Below, piece after piece: positions 9,406-19,883 of a DNA stretch of 64,000 nt; the first letter of the stretch is position 1; each line of letters starts with the position of its first letter. The position numbers and the translations under genes are program-made. The DNA is from Candidatus Moraniibacteriota bacterium (lineage in GTDB: Bacteria > Patescibacteriota > Minisyncoccia > Moranbacterales > UBA2206). Under the pieces are notes generated by a model, which made no database searches, was not told the DNA's origin, and saw only the letters and a list, made by a program, of their open reading frames with translations. Where the stretch lies: contig JAPLXG010000006.1 in NCBI GenBank assembly GCA_026396175.1, positions 2,895 to 66,894 on the forward strand, given 5' to 3'.

Positions 9406-9792
9406 TTAAATTGCCTTAATATGTTTTATCTTAGCTCTTCGAGCGCTCTCATTGATCCAAACAGCAATCACATCAAAGCGATAAGCGCAGTCCGTTAAAT
9501 TATTCTGCTTGAGATAAAAATAGGCGATTTTGTTCAGCCTTTGCAGTTTGTGATAGTTAACATTTTCTTCCGGGTTAGTGTTGCCAAATTTGTGCATTTC
9601 CCTGGCTTTGACTTCGACAAAAACTAACTCATCTTTTTCCAAATCTTTGGCAATAATGTCAATTTCTCCCAAGCGGCGGCCGCTCGGGTTAGCATAGTTC
9701 ATAGCAATGATTTCATAACCCTTGCTTTTGAGATAGTTAGCGGAAATGGTTTCGCCTAAGTTCCCGAAAGATTTTTTTAGTGTAATTGGCAT
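9406..9792 (-). CDS. YraN/UPF0102-family endonuclease
   Basis: IDIIAKD...ELVFVEVK nuclease-like core; start at internal ATG ~9792 (MPITLKK). Confidence 0.6.
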   Translation of the reverse strand: MPITLKKSFGNLGETISANYLKSKGYEIIAMNYANPSGRRLGEIDIIAKDLEKDELVFVEVKAREMHKFGNTNPEENVNYHKLQRLNKIAYFYLKQNNLTDCAYRFDVIAVWINESARRAKIKHIKAI

Positions 9793-10517
9793 GTGCTTAT
9801 TATAGCAAGCAATTTTTGAGAAAACAAAAAACACCCTTTCTTTGGTGCTTCTTTGCGCTTATTGACTATTATTATTTACCCTAGTTTCTCATAAAGGTAT
9901 GGAAACCAGGGCGTTCAAACGCCCGGATTAATAAATAATTTGAACGAGAACGCCCCAGTGTTTGTCATGTATCAACATGCAACATGGAAACATTTTTCGA
10001 GGGTGAGTTCGATTGTGTTAAATAATGTACATGTATTTTGACTACATAACAGAAAGATTATCCCCGTTCTAACGGTTCGGGAATGTTGTTTTACCATTCT
10101 CTGGCACGATGGCCTTTAAATGGGAAGGTACTATGCTAGATGATACTAGCTATTTTTATTTTTTGTTTTTATATTTTTAACAAAAAAGTTTTTGTTTTTA
10201 TTTTAGGGTCTCTGATGTTAGAGATCAGAGCGGCTCGGGCGCGTTGGCCCAAACACTTGAACAGTAAAACAGTTTTCAATCGCAGATAGGGGGAAATTGC
10301 GATTGAAAACTGCTTTACCGTTCGTAACTGTGAGTTTTTAATGTTCAATATATTTATTATAGCAGGAAAAGGATGTCAGGTCAATGAGGAAATGTATTTG
10401 GCTTAAACAGCCAGTGTCTTGCTGGGATAAAAATATTAATGAACCGAATTAACTGCTTTTGAAAATGCGGTTTTAAAAAGTAATTTACTTTTTAGCGCCG
10501 CAAGTAAGCCATTATTT

Positions 10518-11735
10518 TTAGTTGCTGGAGTTTTCTGTCGGCTTTTCTATCGTCGGTAGTGGTGGTGTGGGTGGAGTGGTTGTTGCTGGCGCTGGAGTGA
10601 TCGTTACTGGCGCGACTTCGGTTTTTGCACCGCTGAGTTTGTCAATAATTGAGCGCAATGTTAGTTTTGTCGTGCCAATGAGCAATTTATTTTTATAGAC
10701 CGAATAATCAACGGAAAGTTTGTCCGGCGAGATGATATTTTGATAGCGGATATTTGCGTCGAGATAGGCGCTGCTGGCGAAGAGTTTGTCAGTTTTATAT
10801 TCGGAAGTGAAAAAGAGCGGGCTGATTTCATTGGCGAGATTTTTTTCTTCTGACAGAAGTACTTTTGTCAGATTGATGTCATCTCTTGATTCGATGGCGA
10901 TACCTGTTCTTGGACCGGCTATATCGTTATAGACGAATAGGCTAAAATTATTTCCCATAAGGGCAAAAACTGCAGGAGAGAGTTTCAGCCCCAGGAGACC
11001 GGAAAAATCTTTGAAACTAAGCGGTGTATTTTGCGCATCGGTTATGACGAATTCGACGGGTGAGGCGTAGCCTTCTTGCGAAACTTGTCCCAGGGTTGTT
11101 TTTATTTTTTCTGTGATTACGCTGCCTTCTTCCAGGTGAAGATAGTTAGGATTTTCTTGCGAGTAGGAAAGCGTCGGCTTTGCAGGAGGAACTTCCACGG
11201 GAGTTTCCGCGGGCGCTGTGAAGAGCGGTTGTTTTTGTAGCTCAGAGTTGGTTTTTAAATATGAATATCCGGCCCAGCCCAAGGAGATTATCAGGAGAAA
11301 AGAAACGATAGAGAGGGTAATTAGGCGCAATTTGGGGTTGGGAGTGGCGGAGTTTTTTAGTAGCGGCTGTGTATTTTTTTGATCAAAGGGGCTTGCAGTT
11401 GGCGTTTTCTTTTCTGCTTGCGAAAAGGTCAAAGTATTTTCATCGTTCATTTTCGGATCATTTTTCGTCATGCCATTGATTTTCAAGGAATCATCACCGC
11501 CTAGGTTCAAAAAGGGACTGCTCTTTTGCTTTTGGGATAAATTGAGTGGAGCGGGATTATTTTGTGGCACGATTACGCCATGTTGCATGCTCGGGTTTTC
11601 CAGGTTTTCTAAATCTTCGCGCATCGTGTGAATCGGCGTGTCTTCAATATTGAAATTTTTTTGCTGACTTAAATTCAAAGGACTGTTTTTATTTTCTTCT
11701 TGAGTTTGAGAAGTTTTTTTTGTGAAGCCAAACAT
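10518..11735 (-). CDS. hypothetical membrane-anchored protein with Pro/Thr-rich C-terminus
   Basis: 405 aa; one TM helix (LITLSIVSFLLIISLGWAGY); no catalytic motif recognised. Confidence 0.45.
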   Translation of the reverse strand: MFGFTKKTSQTQEENKNSPLNLSQQKNFNIEDTPIHTMREDLENLENPSMQHGVIVPQNNPAPLNLSQKQKSSPFLNLGGDDSLKINGMTKNDPKMNDENTLTFSQAEKKTPTASPFDQKNTQPLLKNSATPNPKLRLITLSIVSFLLIISLGWAGYSYLKTNSELQKQPLFTAPAETPVEVPPAKPTLSYSQENPNYLHLEEGSVITEKIKTTLGQVSQEGYASPVEFVITDAQNTPLSFKDFSGLLGLKLSPAVFALMGNNFSLFVYNDIAGPRTGIAIESRDDINLTKVLLSEEKNLANEISPLFFTSEYKTDKLFASSAYLDANIRYQNIISPDKLSVDYSVYKNKLLIGTTKLTLRSIIDKLSGAKTEVAPVTITPAPATTTPPTPPLPTIEKPTENSSN

Positions 11736-11932
11736 TTTTTTATTTATCCCCCACCACTTTTTCGCTCGCGTTTGCGATGTGGCTGAGGAATGTTTTTTAT
11801 TAAGCTATTTATAGAACATCAAAGCAGGTTTATCAAATAAAATTCAAAAGCGAAAAAGTGGTGGGGGATAAAAAAATAGAAGCGGATTTTCTCCGCTTCT
11901 ATTATAAAACACAATTCGATTTTTGACCAATT

Positions 11933-14080
11933 TTAAATTTCCGCCTGTTGCGCGAGTCTTGCCGAAAGGTTGATTCGGCCTTGAGAATCGATTTCTTTAA
12001 CCTTGACTTTGACGATATCGCCAACGCTCAGGACATCTTCCACTTTTTCAATCCGGCGTTCTGCGATTTCGGAAATGTGAATGAGACCTTCTTGTCCTGG
12101 GAGGATTTCGGCAAAGGCGCCGAAAGCCATAATGCGAGTTACTTTCGCATTAAAAATTTCTCCCGCTTTCACTTCGTGGGTAAGATTGTCAATCCATTCT
12201 TTGGCCTTGGCAGCAGAAACTTGATCGGGAGATGTGATAAAAATCATACCGCTATCCTCAATGTCAATTTGCACGCCAGTTTGGTCGATAATTTCATTGA
12301 TGATCTTGCCACCAGAGCCGATGACATTTCTGATTTTTTCCGGATTAATTTGCATCGTGATGATTCTTGGTGCGTATTGGGACATTTCAACTCGAGGAGC
12401 TGGCAAAACATCGGTGATTTTTTTCAAAATTTCCAAACGATTTTGATGGGATTGAGCAAGCACGGCAGAAAGCATTTCCAGCGTTACTCCGTCGACTTTC
12501 ACATCCATTTGCATCGCTGTGATGCCTTTTTCTGTTCCCGCCACTTTAAAGTCCATATCACCATAATGATCTTCCAAGCCTTGGATGTCAGTGAGAATTT
12601 TGAACTGATTGTCTTTTCCGACAATAATTCCCATTGCAATGCCAGAAACTGGTCGCTTGATCGGTACGCCGGCATCCATTAGTGATAGGGTTGAGCCACA
12701 AGTAGCAGCCATTGAAGACGAGCCGTTGGAAGAAAGAATTTCGGAAACCAAAAGAATGGTGTAGGGAAAATCTTCTTTGGAAGGCAAAACTGGAACGAGC
12801 GCTTTTTCAGCGAGAGCACCGTGACCGATTTCGCGTCTTCCGGGGCCTCTCATCGGCTTAACTTCTCCAACTGAAAAAGGTGGGAAATTATAGTGGTGGA
12901 TATAGCGTTTCTTCATATCCACTTCCATTGTATCGATAATTTGTTGATCGCCAGGTGAGCCAAGCGTGGTTACTGTAAGTGCTTGGGTTTCTCCACGAGT
13001 GAAAAGACTAGTGCCGTGTGTGCGGGGCAAAATTCCGGTGCGACATTCAATGTGACGGATTTCATCTAGCTTTCTTGAATCCGGGCGTAATTCTTTCTCC
13101 AAGATATTTTTGTGCACGATTTCATCGGACACTTCTTCAAATACGATTTCGGCCACTTCTTTCAATTTATCTGCTTCTTCGGGAAAAGTGGTTTTGATGT
13201 ATTCCTTGACTTTGTCTTGGATAGCGCTCATTTTCTCTTCAATCACCTTTTTATCCTTGTCATAAAGCGCTTCAGCCAAATTTTCTGAGAGCAAAATTTC
13301 TTTTACCTTAGACTCAAACTCCGATGTTCCGGCCACAAGTGTCGGCACATTTTTCTCTTTTCCGACTTCTTTTTGTATTTCCAGAATAAAAGTCACGATT
13401 TTCTTGATTGCTTCTTGTCCAAAGGTAAAAGCGCGGAGCATTTCTTCTTCGGAAACTTCCATCGCACCGCTTTCAATCATATTAACTTTGTCGAGACTGC
13501 CGGAAATCAAAAGGTCTAATTCGCCCTCAGTCATTTCGCCATTAGTGACGGGATTCAAGACAAATTCTCCCCCGCCTGCATCGCTATGCGAAGCATTGCG
13601 GGCAGGTTGAGCTTTGCCAACACGAACTGCGGCAACTGGTCCATTCCAAGGAATATTGGAAATAGCCAGCGCGGTTGAAGCGGCAATAATGGCTAGGGTA
13701 TCCGGGTCATTTTCTCCATCATAGGAAAGTACGGTCACAATCACTTGCACGTCATTTCTCATTCTATGGTTAAAAAGTGGGCGGATTGTGCGATCAACCG
13801 CTCGTCCAGAGAGGACAGCGTCGTCAGATGGACGACCTTCGCGCTTGATGAAACGTGAGCCCTTGATTTTTCCCGCGGCATAATAGCGCTCTTCGAAATC
13901 CACCATCAGGGGAAAATAGCCACTAACGCGCGATGCGCCTTTGCTCATAACGGCCGTGGCAAGCACAACTGTGTCGCCATAGCGCACGGTAACGGCGCCA
14001 TTAGCCTGTCCGGCGAGAAGGCCGGTCTCAATCTCCAAAATTCGTCCTCCGATTTGGAGAGACCATTTCTTTTGCTCCAT
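11933..14080 (-). CDS. pnp: polyribonucleotide nucleotidyltransferase
   Basis: 715 aa; two RNase PH domains plus KH and S1; carries the 36-bp palindrome-derived insert PARNASHSDAGGGE at 13570-13606. Confidence 0.9.
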   Translation of the reverse strand: MEQKKWSLQIGGRILEIETGLLAGQANGAVTVRYGDTVVLATAVMSKGASRVSGYFPLMVDFEERYYAAGKIKGSRFIKREGRPSDDAVLSGRAVDRTIRPLFNHRMRNDVQVIVTVLSYDGENDPDTLAIIAASTALAISNIPWNGPVAAVRVGKAQPARNASHSDAGGGEFVLNPVTNGEMTEGELDLLISGSLDKVNMIESGAMEVSEEEMLRAFTFGQEAIKKIVTFILEIQKEVGKEKNVPTLVAGTSEFESKVKEILLSENLAEALYDKDKKVIEEKMSAIQDKVKEYIKTTFPEEADKLKEVAEIVFEEVSDEIVHKNILEKELRPDSRKLDEIRHIECRTGILPRTHGTSLFTRGETQALTVTTLGSPGDQQIIDTMEVDMKKRYIHHYNFPPFSVGEVKPMRGPGRREIGHGALAEKALVPVLPSKEDFPYTILLVSEILSSNGSSSMAATCGSTLSLMDAGVPIKRPVSGIAMGIIVGKDNQFKILTDIQGLEDHYGDMDFKVAGTEKGITAMQMDVKVDGVTLEMLSAVLAQSHQNRLEILKKITDVLPAPRVEMSQYAPRIITMQINPEKIRNVIGSGGKIINEIIDQTGVQIDIEDSGMIFITSPDQVSAAKAKEWIDNLTHEVKAGEIFNAKVTRIMAFGAFAEILPGQEGLIHISEIAERRIEKVEDVLSVGDIVKVKVKEIDSQGRINLSARLAQQAEI
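13570..13606. repeat. Family E 36-bp palindrome CCCGCCTGCAACGCTATGCGTAGCATTGCGGGCAGG inside pnp (also ftsH 25546-25572 and rpsA 29220-29254)
   Basis: Three copies with 1-3 substitutions, all inside essential genes and all read as ARNA(T/S)HS(V/D)AGGGE. Confidence 0.75.
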
Positions 14081-14323
14081 TCAATTGTTGCGAAGCCTCA
14101 GTTGGCCCTAAATTGAGCCAGAAAGCAAGATGTATGACGATGATTTACGAATTGAGATTTACAAGCCTTATAAACCTTAATTCATAAATCCTCACACTTT
14201 TTGCTTTAAAAAGGGACTTCTTAATAAATATTTAACAAACTAACTCTAGCTTAGTTTTGCGGTTTTGGCAAGTTTTTAGCAGTTTATGAGGACCGTCCTC
14301 AGCAGAGGACGGTCATTGATCAA

Positions 14324-14749
14324 TCAAAGCGAAACGTTGACAATTTGCATTCGTGGCTTGTCAGAGATGACTGCGGTTTTAGAAAAAGCCAAATAACCCG
14401 GAATGAGCAGATTAAGCGGAGAGATGATCATTAGAATTCCCAACCATTCCGCTTTTTGCAAAATTTTGCAGATTCCCATCCAAACGAGGATATAAACAAT
14501 AAGATTAGCCAGGGGAATGAAAAACCACACAATCCACCAAGTTGGTTTTTTGGCAATTTGGAGTGCGAGAAGCATATCCAGAATGGGAATCCAAGCAAAC
14601 CAAGCATTCTGGGTGTTGGTTTTTTTGGCAATCTTCATTAAGCACACGGACATATAGATGTAATAGGCCAAAAGAAAGAGAACTATGAAAGTAATAATCC
14701 CTACAGCAATTGGCAACACGGCTTCGGTTGGGATGTTTGTTTGGTTCAT
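14324..14749 (-). CDS. small polytopic membrane protein, unknown function
   Basis: 141 aa, about 4 TM helices. Confidence 0.45.
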   Translation of the reverse strand: MNQTNIPTEAVLPIAVGIITFIVLFLLAYYIYMSVCLMKIAKKTNTQNAWFAWIPILDMLLALQIAKKPTWWIVWFFIPLANLIVYILVWMGICKILQKAEWLGILMIISPLNLLIPGYLAFSKTAVISDKPRMQIVNVSL

Positions 14750-14902
14750 GATATTTTAGGCAGGAGCGGGTTTGTAACCCGGTCCTTTTGTTTTACGGAT
14801 TTTAATATTTTTGCTGACTTAGGCTTGCAATGCTATTTTTGAGTTTATGCAAGTTAGTAAACCATGCGAAGCCCCGCCTAGGCGGGACTCCTGCGAAGGA
14901 AA

Positions 14903-15442
14903 CTAAATTAAAAACTTTTTTTTATTCTCGCTCAAATTAATAAAATCATCTAATTCTTCAACTAATTTATTACTAGTCGATTCCATAAAAGCGATACCTT
15001 CCATGCGGCAACCGGTGGTTGACTGGATATATTTGACTAAAGGAATGTAATCGCCGTCACCGGAAACGAGGACAATAGCGTCAAGTGTTTTTGACATCTT
15101 GATGGCGTCCACTGCGATTCCCACATCCCAATCCCCTTTTTTCGCTCCACCGGGAAAGATTTGCAGGTCTTTAGTTTTGACTTCATAGCCGACTTTTTCC
15201 AGCGCGTCAAAAAATTTTTCTTCCTGACCCTCTAGTGTTTTAATCCCATAGGCAATGGCGCGGATCAGTTTGCGATCGCCCACAGCTGCTTTCAGAACTT
15301 GGTCAAAGTTGACTTTTTTTTGGTACAGCACCTTGGCGCTGTAGTAGAGGTTTTGAATATCCACCAAAACACCGATGCGTTGTTCTTTGTATATGCTCAC
15401 ATATTTTATACAAATTTGGACATATTTTACACAAAAACACAA
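14903..15442 (-). CDS. NYN-domain (LabA/DUF88-like) protein
   Basis: VLVDIQNLYY ... LVSGDGDYIPLV; listed ORF opens at TTG 15442, true start probably GTG ~15400. Confidence 0.6.
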   Translation of the reverse strand: MCFCVKYVQICIKYVSIYKEQRIGVLVDIQNLYYSAKVLYQKKVNFDQVLKAAVGDRKLIRAIAYGIKTLEGQEEKFFDALEKVGYEVKTKDLQIFPGGAKKGDWDVGIAVDAIKMSKTLDAIVLVSGDGDYIPLVKYIQSTTGCRMEGIAFMESTSNKLVEELDDFINLSENKKKFLI

Positions 15443-15498
15443 ATTAAATTTGTGTCTCTGTGTCTAATTTGTTCCAAATTTGCGTTTAATTTGTTTTA

Positions 15499-15768
15499 CT
15501 AGCCCTTGAGTTCTAATTTCTTAATCAAGGCCTTATAATTTTTCTCGTTAGTTTTTTTCAAGTAGTCAAGCAGTCTCTTGCGTTTTGAGACCATCTTGAG
15601 AAGTCCGCGGCGGGAATGGAAATCTTTAGCGTTTTTCTTGAGGTGAGCGGTCAGTTTCTTGATTTGTTCTGTGAAAAGAGCGACTTGGTATTCTGGCGAA
15701 CCAGTGTCCTTTTCGTGTCTTTTGACATCGCCGGTTACTTTCGCTTTTTGCTTGCCTGTGAGAGCCAT
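15499..15768 (-). CDS. rpsO: 30S ribosomal protein S15
   Basis: 89 aa, canonical S15. Confidence 0.9.
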   Translation of the reverse strand: MALTGKQKAKVTGDVKRHEKDTGSPEYQVALFTEQIKKLTAHLKKNAKDFHSRRGLLKMVSKRKRLLDYLKKTNEKNYKALIKKLELKG

Positions 15769-15887
15769 AGCGTTTTTGAGGCAAAACAGAGGTTGCGACT
15801 ATGCGTCAACTGCTGTTTGCTAATAAATGATTATAGTTAAACGATATACTAGAATCGGAGTTTTGGCAAGCTTTTCACAAAAAAAGA

Positions 15888-16060
15888 TGTTATCCTGAGC
15901 GAAGTCTGTTTCGTTAAGCCGGCGAACGGACGCAGTCGAAGCCTGTCTGCCGGTAGGCAGGGATCTGCCAACCACTATCACAAACTTTCTGTGATATAGC
16001 AAGACTTACGATAACCCATAGCAGATTCTTCGACTCCACTGCGTTACGCTCAGAATGACA
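15888..16060. repeat. Family A MITE-like palindromic element with nested CTGCCGGTAGGCAGG palindrome
   Basis: TGTTATCCTGAGCGAAG ... CGCTCAGAATGACA; internal TATCACA/TGTGATA and CTGCCGGTAGGCAG palindromes. Confidence 0.7.
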
Positions 16061-16104
16061 ATATTTTTTTATCTCAAATTCTCCTCTTATGCTACAATAC
16101 TTTT

Positions 16105-18315
16105 ATGGCAAATATCTTAGAAAATTTAAATCAATCGCAACGCGAGGCGGTGGAAACGACGGAAGGCGCGGTTTTAGTGATTGCTGGCGCCGGATCGGGA
16201 AAAACGCGAGCGTTGACTTTTCGCACTGCCTATTTGATTTGCGAAAAAGGCGTGCGGCCCGGGCAAATTTTGGCGGTAACTTTCACCAATAAGGCGGCCA
16301 AGGAAATGCAAGAGCGGATTGCGCAGCTATTGGCGGACAGTGGTTTCAAAGGAAAGCTACCATTGGTTGGTACATTTCATTCTATTTGTGCTAGAATTCT
16401 CCGCTCAGAGATTGGCAAGTTGGGTTTTGAAAGCAATTTTAACATCTTCGATGCGCAGGATCAGCAGAGTTTGGTGAAAAAAACGATGAAAGAATTGGGC
16501 GTTGATCCGACGCAATTTCGTCCACAAAGTATTCTCGGTGCCATTTCTAAGGCCAAAAATGAACTAATTGATGCAAAAATGTTTCAAGAAAGAGTCGGTG
16601 GCTATTGGGAAGAAATTGTCTCGAAAGTCTACGTCGCCTATCAGGAACGGCTCAAAAAGAATAACGCGCTGGATTTTGATGACATCTTAATGTTACTCGT
16701 TCAAATTTTCCGCACTTTTCCAGAAGTGCTCGAGAAATATCAAAACATCTTTCGCTATATTATGGTGGACGAATATCAAGATACCAATCATGCGCAGTAT
16801 ATGCTCATTAAGATGCTAGCTGATAAGCACAAAAACATTTGCGTCGTCGGGGACGACTGGCAAGGGATTTATTCTTGGCGCGGAGCCAATATCCAAAACA
16901 TTTTGGATTTTGAAAAAGACTATCCAGCCGCGAAGGTTGTGAAATTGGAACAAAATTATCGCTCCACTCAGCAAATCTTGGACGCGGCTTATGGTGTGAT
17001 TTCCAAAAATATCAATCGCAAAGATAAGAAAATATGGACGGAGAATAAAACGGGACATCTCTTGGCTTCCTATGAAGCCGATGATGAGAGCGATGAAGCG
17101 CAGTTTATTGTTTCGGAGGTAATTAGTTTAAGAAATAAGGGTGTAAAACTCAATAACATCGTTGTGCTTTATAGGACCAATGCCCAGTCGCGGATCATTG
17201 AAGAAGCGCTACTTGGCGATTCCATCCCATATCGGATTATTGGTGGATTGAAATTCTACCAAAGAAAAGAAATCAAAGATATTATTGCCTATTTGCGTTT
17301 GATTGAGAATTTTAATGACGAAATTTCTTTGGAGCGGATCATAAACGAACCGAAGAGGGGGATTGGTGATAAGACGGTGGAAAAGTGGGTTATGGCTGCC
17401 AAAGAGGCTAGCTTGAGCCTGATTGATGCCGGCTCTAAAATTTCCAATTTCCAATTTCCAACCTTGCCTACCGGCAGGCAGGTTTCCAATCAAATTCAAA
17501 TTTCAAATGACAAGATTAGTAAATTAAGAGCGGAGAGCATTATAAAGTTTTGCGATTTTATTAAGCGGATGAGTGAGGTGAGAAATAAGCTGACATTGGC
17601 GGATTTTGTTCAGAAAGTTTTTTCCGAAAGTGGCTACGAGCGGCAGTTGCTTGATGGAACAGATGAGGGGCAGATGCGGCAAGAAAATGTGCGGGAACTC
17701 GTCACTGTTGCCAAAAAATACGACGCTTTTAAGGATGGTGAGGGTTTGCGACTGTTCCTGGAAGAAGTGGCGCTTGTGGCGGACACGGACAACATCGATC
17801 AGTCCAGCGAAGCCGTGCATCTAATGACACTGCACAGTGCTAAGGGTTTAGAATTTCAATATGTGTTTATTATCGGTCTAGAAGAAGGCATCTTGCCGCA
17901 TTCGCGCAGTATGCTTAGTGAAACTGAAATGGAAGAAGAGCGGCGGCTGATGTATGTGGGAATCACGCGTGCCAAGCAAAAAGTTTATCTGCTTTTCACC
18001 AAGATGCGCACAATTTTTGGTTCGACCCAAATTAATGCGCCTTCAAGATTTCTTGATGATATTCCCGCGGAGTTGATTGAAAATGCTGAAAACTCAATCA
18101 TAAATGCTTGCGTGGAAAAGTATGCTACCGCCAGAAAAAAAACTATTCTGACGGAAATGAAAACAAGCTACAAAGGCGGAGAAAGAATTAGTCACGAAAA
18201 ATTTGGCGAAGGACTGGTAATTTCTTCGCAAGGCGATATTATTACTGTGGCTTTTAAGAAAGTGGGTCTGAAAAAACTTTCCAGCTCTTTGGCGCCGATT
18301 CGGAAAATAGAATAA
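16105..18315 (+). CDS. pcrA: ATP-dependent DNA helicase PcrA/UvrD
   Basis: Walker A AGAGSGKTR and UvrD helicase motifs; in-frame insertion (..FQFPTLPTGRQVSNQIQISNDKI..) built from the CTACCGGCAGGCAGG palindrome flanked by AAATTTCAAAT-type repeats at ~17440-17525. Confidence 0.9.
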   Translation: MANILENLNQSQREAVETTEGAVLVIAGAGSGKTRALTFRTAYLICEKGVRPGQILAVTFTNKAAKEMQERIAQLLADSGFKGKLPLVGTFHSICARILRSEIGKLGFESNFNIFDAQDQQSLVKKTMKELGVDPTQFRPQSILGAISKAKNELIDAKMFQERVGGYWEEIVSKVYVAYQERLKKNNALDFDDILMLLVQIFRTFPEVLEKYQNIFRYIMVDEYQDTNHAQYMLIKMLADKHKNICVVGDDWQGIYSWRGANIQNILDFEKDYPAAKVVKLEQNYRSTQQILDAAYGVISKNINRKDKKIWTENKTGHLLASYEADDESDEAQFIVSEVISLRNKGVKLNNIVVLYRTNAQSRIIEEALLGDSIPYRIIGGLKFYQRKEIKDIIAYLRLIENFNDEISLERIINEPKRGIGDKTVEKWVMAAKEASLSLIDAGSKISNFQFPTLPTGRQVSNQIQISNDKISKLRAESIIKFCDFIKRMSEVRNKLTLADFVQKVFSESGYERQLLDGTDEGQMRQENVRELVTVAKKYDAFKDGEGLRLFLEEVALVADTDNIDQSSEAVHLMTLHSAKGLEFQYVFIIGLEEGILPHSRSMLSETEMEEERRLMYVGITRAKQKVYLLFTKMRTIFGSTQINAPSRFLDDIPAELIENAENSIINACVEKYATARKKTILTEMKTSYKGGERISHEKFGEGLVISSQGDIITVAFKKVGLKKLSSSLAPIRKIE
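17464..17482. repeat. Family D 20-bp palindrome CCTGCCTGCCGGTAGGCAGG inside pcrA (also at 15944-15963, 29049-29068, 30894-30913, 38871-38892, 62257-62276)
   Basis: Exact or near-exact copies; the in-CDS copies (pcrA, cca, nfo) are all read in the LP(A/T)GRQ frame. Confidence 0.75.
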
Positions 18316-18478
18316 TTTTTTTCTTCGCAGGTTCAGGCGTCCTCGCCTGAACCATCTATTTCTGGTAAAACTAACTAACCAGCCTGTGTTATGAATTTTT
18401 TCATTTATTCTTATTATCTGGCCCAACCAGAAATATGAGATTCAATCGAGACGATTGAACCTGCATCTCTATACAAAA

Positions 18479-18517
18479 CAAAAAACGTCCTATAGTTCAC
18501 GCCGGACGTTTTTTGTA
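18479..18517. terminator. bidirectional rho-independent terminator between pcrA and the LysM-CHAP gene
   Basis: AAAAAACGTCC-loop-GGACGTTTTTTGT. Confidence 0.75.
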
Positions 18518-18533
18518 TTTATATCAAAAGAGA

Positions 18534-19676
18534 TTATCGAATAAACCCTTTAATCACCCGGCTACTCTTAGCAACCACGCGAGTGGATTTTTTAGCCCAA
18601 CCCTTGTAATTCATTTCGGAAACAGTGAATGAGTCCGCGCTGACGCTTTCTACGAGCGCCACATGCCCCCACCATGATTCCGAGGTAACCATAACTGCTC
18701 CGACAGTGGGAGTTCTGCTTGTGGCATAGCCGGCCGCCTTAGCATGATAGAGCCAGGTTCCGGCGTTTCCACCCCAAGGAATATTTCTTTTTTGGGCGAC
18801 ATACCAGGTGCAATAGCCATAAGGAAAGCCGTGACTTGATTTTCCGCCGCTGAGTGTTTTTCCAGCTGAATCGAATGATTCATAGGGGCGAGGAACAATC
18901 CCCAGTCCAGTCACTCCGGGCGTCGTCGTTGGCTTGGGTGCCGGAATATCTTTTTGCCCATCTGGAATGGTAATGATATCTCCTGCCTTAACTTCACCAT
19001 CAAGGTGGAGAGAATTAAAGGCAATAATCTTATCCTTATCCGCTTTAAATTGTTTGGCAATACTATTAATATCATCGCCACTTTTAACCGTATAGGTCAC
19101 GCCGGAAACAGGCAGAATAAATATTTTATCGCCAGGCATAATGGAATTGACATCATCAATTGCATTAGCCCAAAGGAGTGTATTGATACTAACATGGTTG
19201 GCGGAGGCAATGGAACCCATCGTATCTCCATTTTTAACTTCATAAATCACCACACCACCATCTTCTTCTGGATCTTTGAGCACAGGACTGTTTTCGCAAA
19301 CCAATGAATTTCCTTGCATAAGCACAGGATCTGGTTTGCCGTCATCCGCCTTTAATGTGGGATCAGGAACGGCGGTTGCTTCAAGCAGTGGCGCAAGTGC
19401 CAGAGACGTTTTTTTATTGGAAGTTAAAAACATCTTGTCCTCCAGAGGACTGGCATAATTATCACTATTGCCAGATCCGAGATAGCCAAAAAGGAATCCA
19501 CTGGAATTTTGTCCGGCAGAAAGATTAGTAGCAGAAACAAGTAGCGCGCTGGAAGCTACCACAACAAAAGAGGAATAATTCCTAAAGATGTGTAAAAGCT
19601 TCACCGTCCGGCGCTTTTTGATAAAAACCACGACCTTTTTTTGGAACAAAAAAAGGCTAGTGATAAAGTCCTTCAA
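18534..19676 (-). CDS. peptidoglycan hydrolase: 2x LysM plus C-terminal CHAP domain
   Basis: LysM repeats (YEVKNGDTMGSIA, YTVKSGDDINSIA); CHAP Cys/His (CTWYVA ... GHVALVE). Confidence 0.7.
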   Translation of the reverse strand: MKDFITSLFLFQKKVVVFIKKRRTVKLLHIFRNYSSFVVVASSALLVSATNLSAGQNSSGFLFGYLGSGNSDNYASPLEDKMFLTSNKKTSLALAPLLEATAVPDPTLKADDGKPDPVLMQGNSLVCENSPVLKDPEEDGGVVIYEVKNGDTMGSIASANHVSINTLLWANAIDDVNSIMPGDKIFILPVSGVTYTVKSGDDINSIAKQFKADKDKIIAFNSLHLDGEVKAGDIITIPDGQKDIPAPKPTTTPGVTGLGIVPRPYESFDSAGKTLSGGKSSHGFPYGYCTWYVAQKRNIPWGGNAGTWLYHAKAAGYATSRTPTVGAVMVTSESWWGHVALVESVSADSFTVSEMNYKGWAKKSTRVVAKSSRVIKGFIR

Positions 19677-19883
19677 TTTTTTCTTAGAGGGGATAATTTG
19701 AGAAGTTTTTTGGATTAGATTACTAATACAATTAACCTTTCCTTTAGTTTTAGCAAGAATCTCGCCTGTTCATGGTCTGATTTTCTAGCGAACCTTGGCA
19801 CTAAAACCCTAATTTTTACCTGCTAGACAGTATAGTCTAAGCAGGGATTTTTGTCAATTGAGTTTTTGGTGTAGAATTAGTCT

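Noticed and set aside
9835-10517. RNase P RNA, tmRNA or SRP RNA in the long spacer
   Set aside because: I could not find the conserved blocks (GGAAAGUCCGG / ACAGAA.CCGGCUUA for RNase P; GGGG...UUCGA 5' end with tag ORF and T-loop/CCA 3' end for tmRNA) on either strand. Only a weak GUCAGGUC similarity to SRP domain IV was found. Kept as a finding for covariance-model testing rather than a feature.
11948-12682. 244-aa ORF on the plus strand inside pnp, plus many other 60-130-aa track ORFs antisense to pnp, gyrA, ftsH, rpsA, fhs, rarA and the tRNA cluster (e.g. 50947-51297)
   Set aside because: They lie entirely inside or antisense to well-supported conserved genes or overlap tRNAs. They have low-complexity or odd composition and lack RBSs. 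Treated as spurious.
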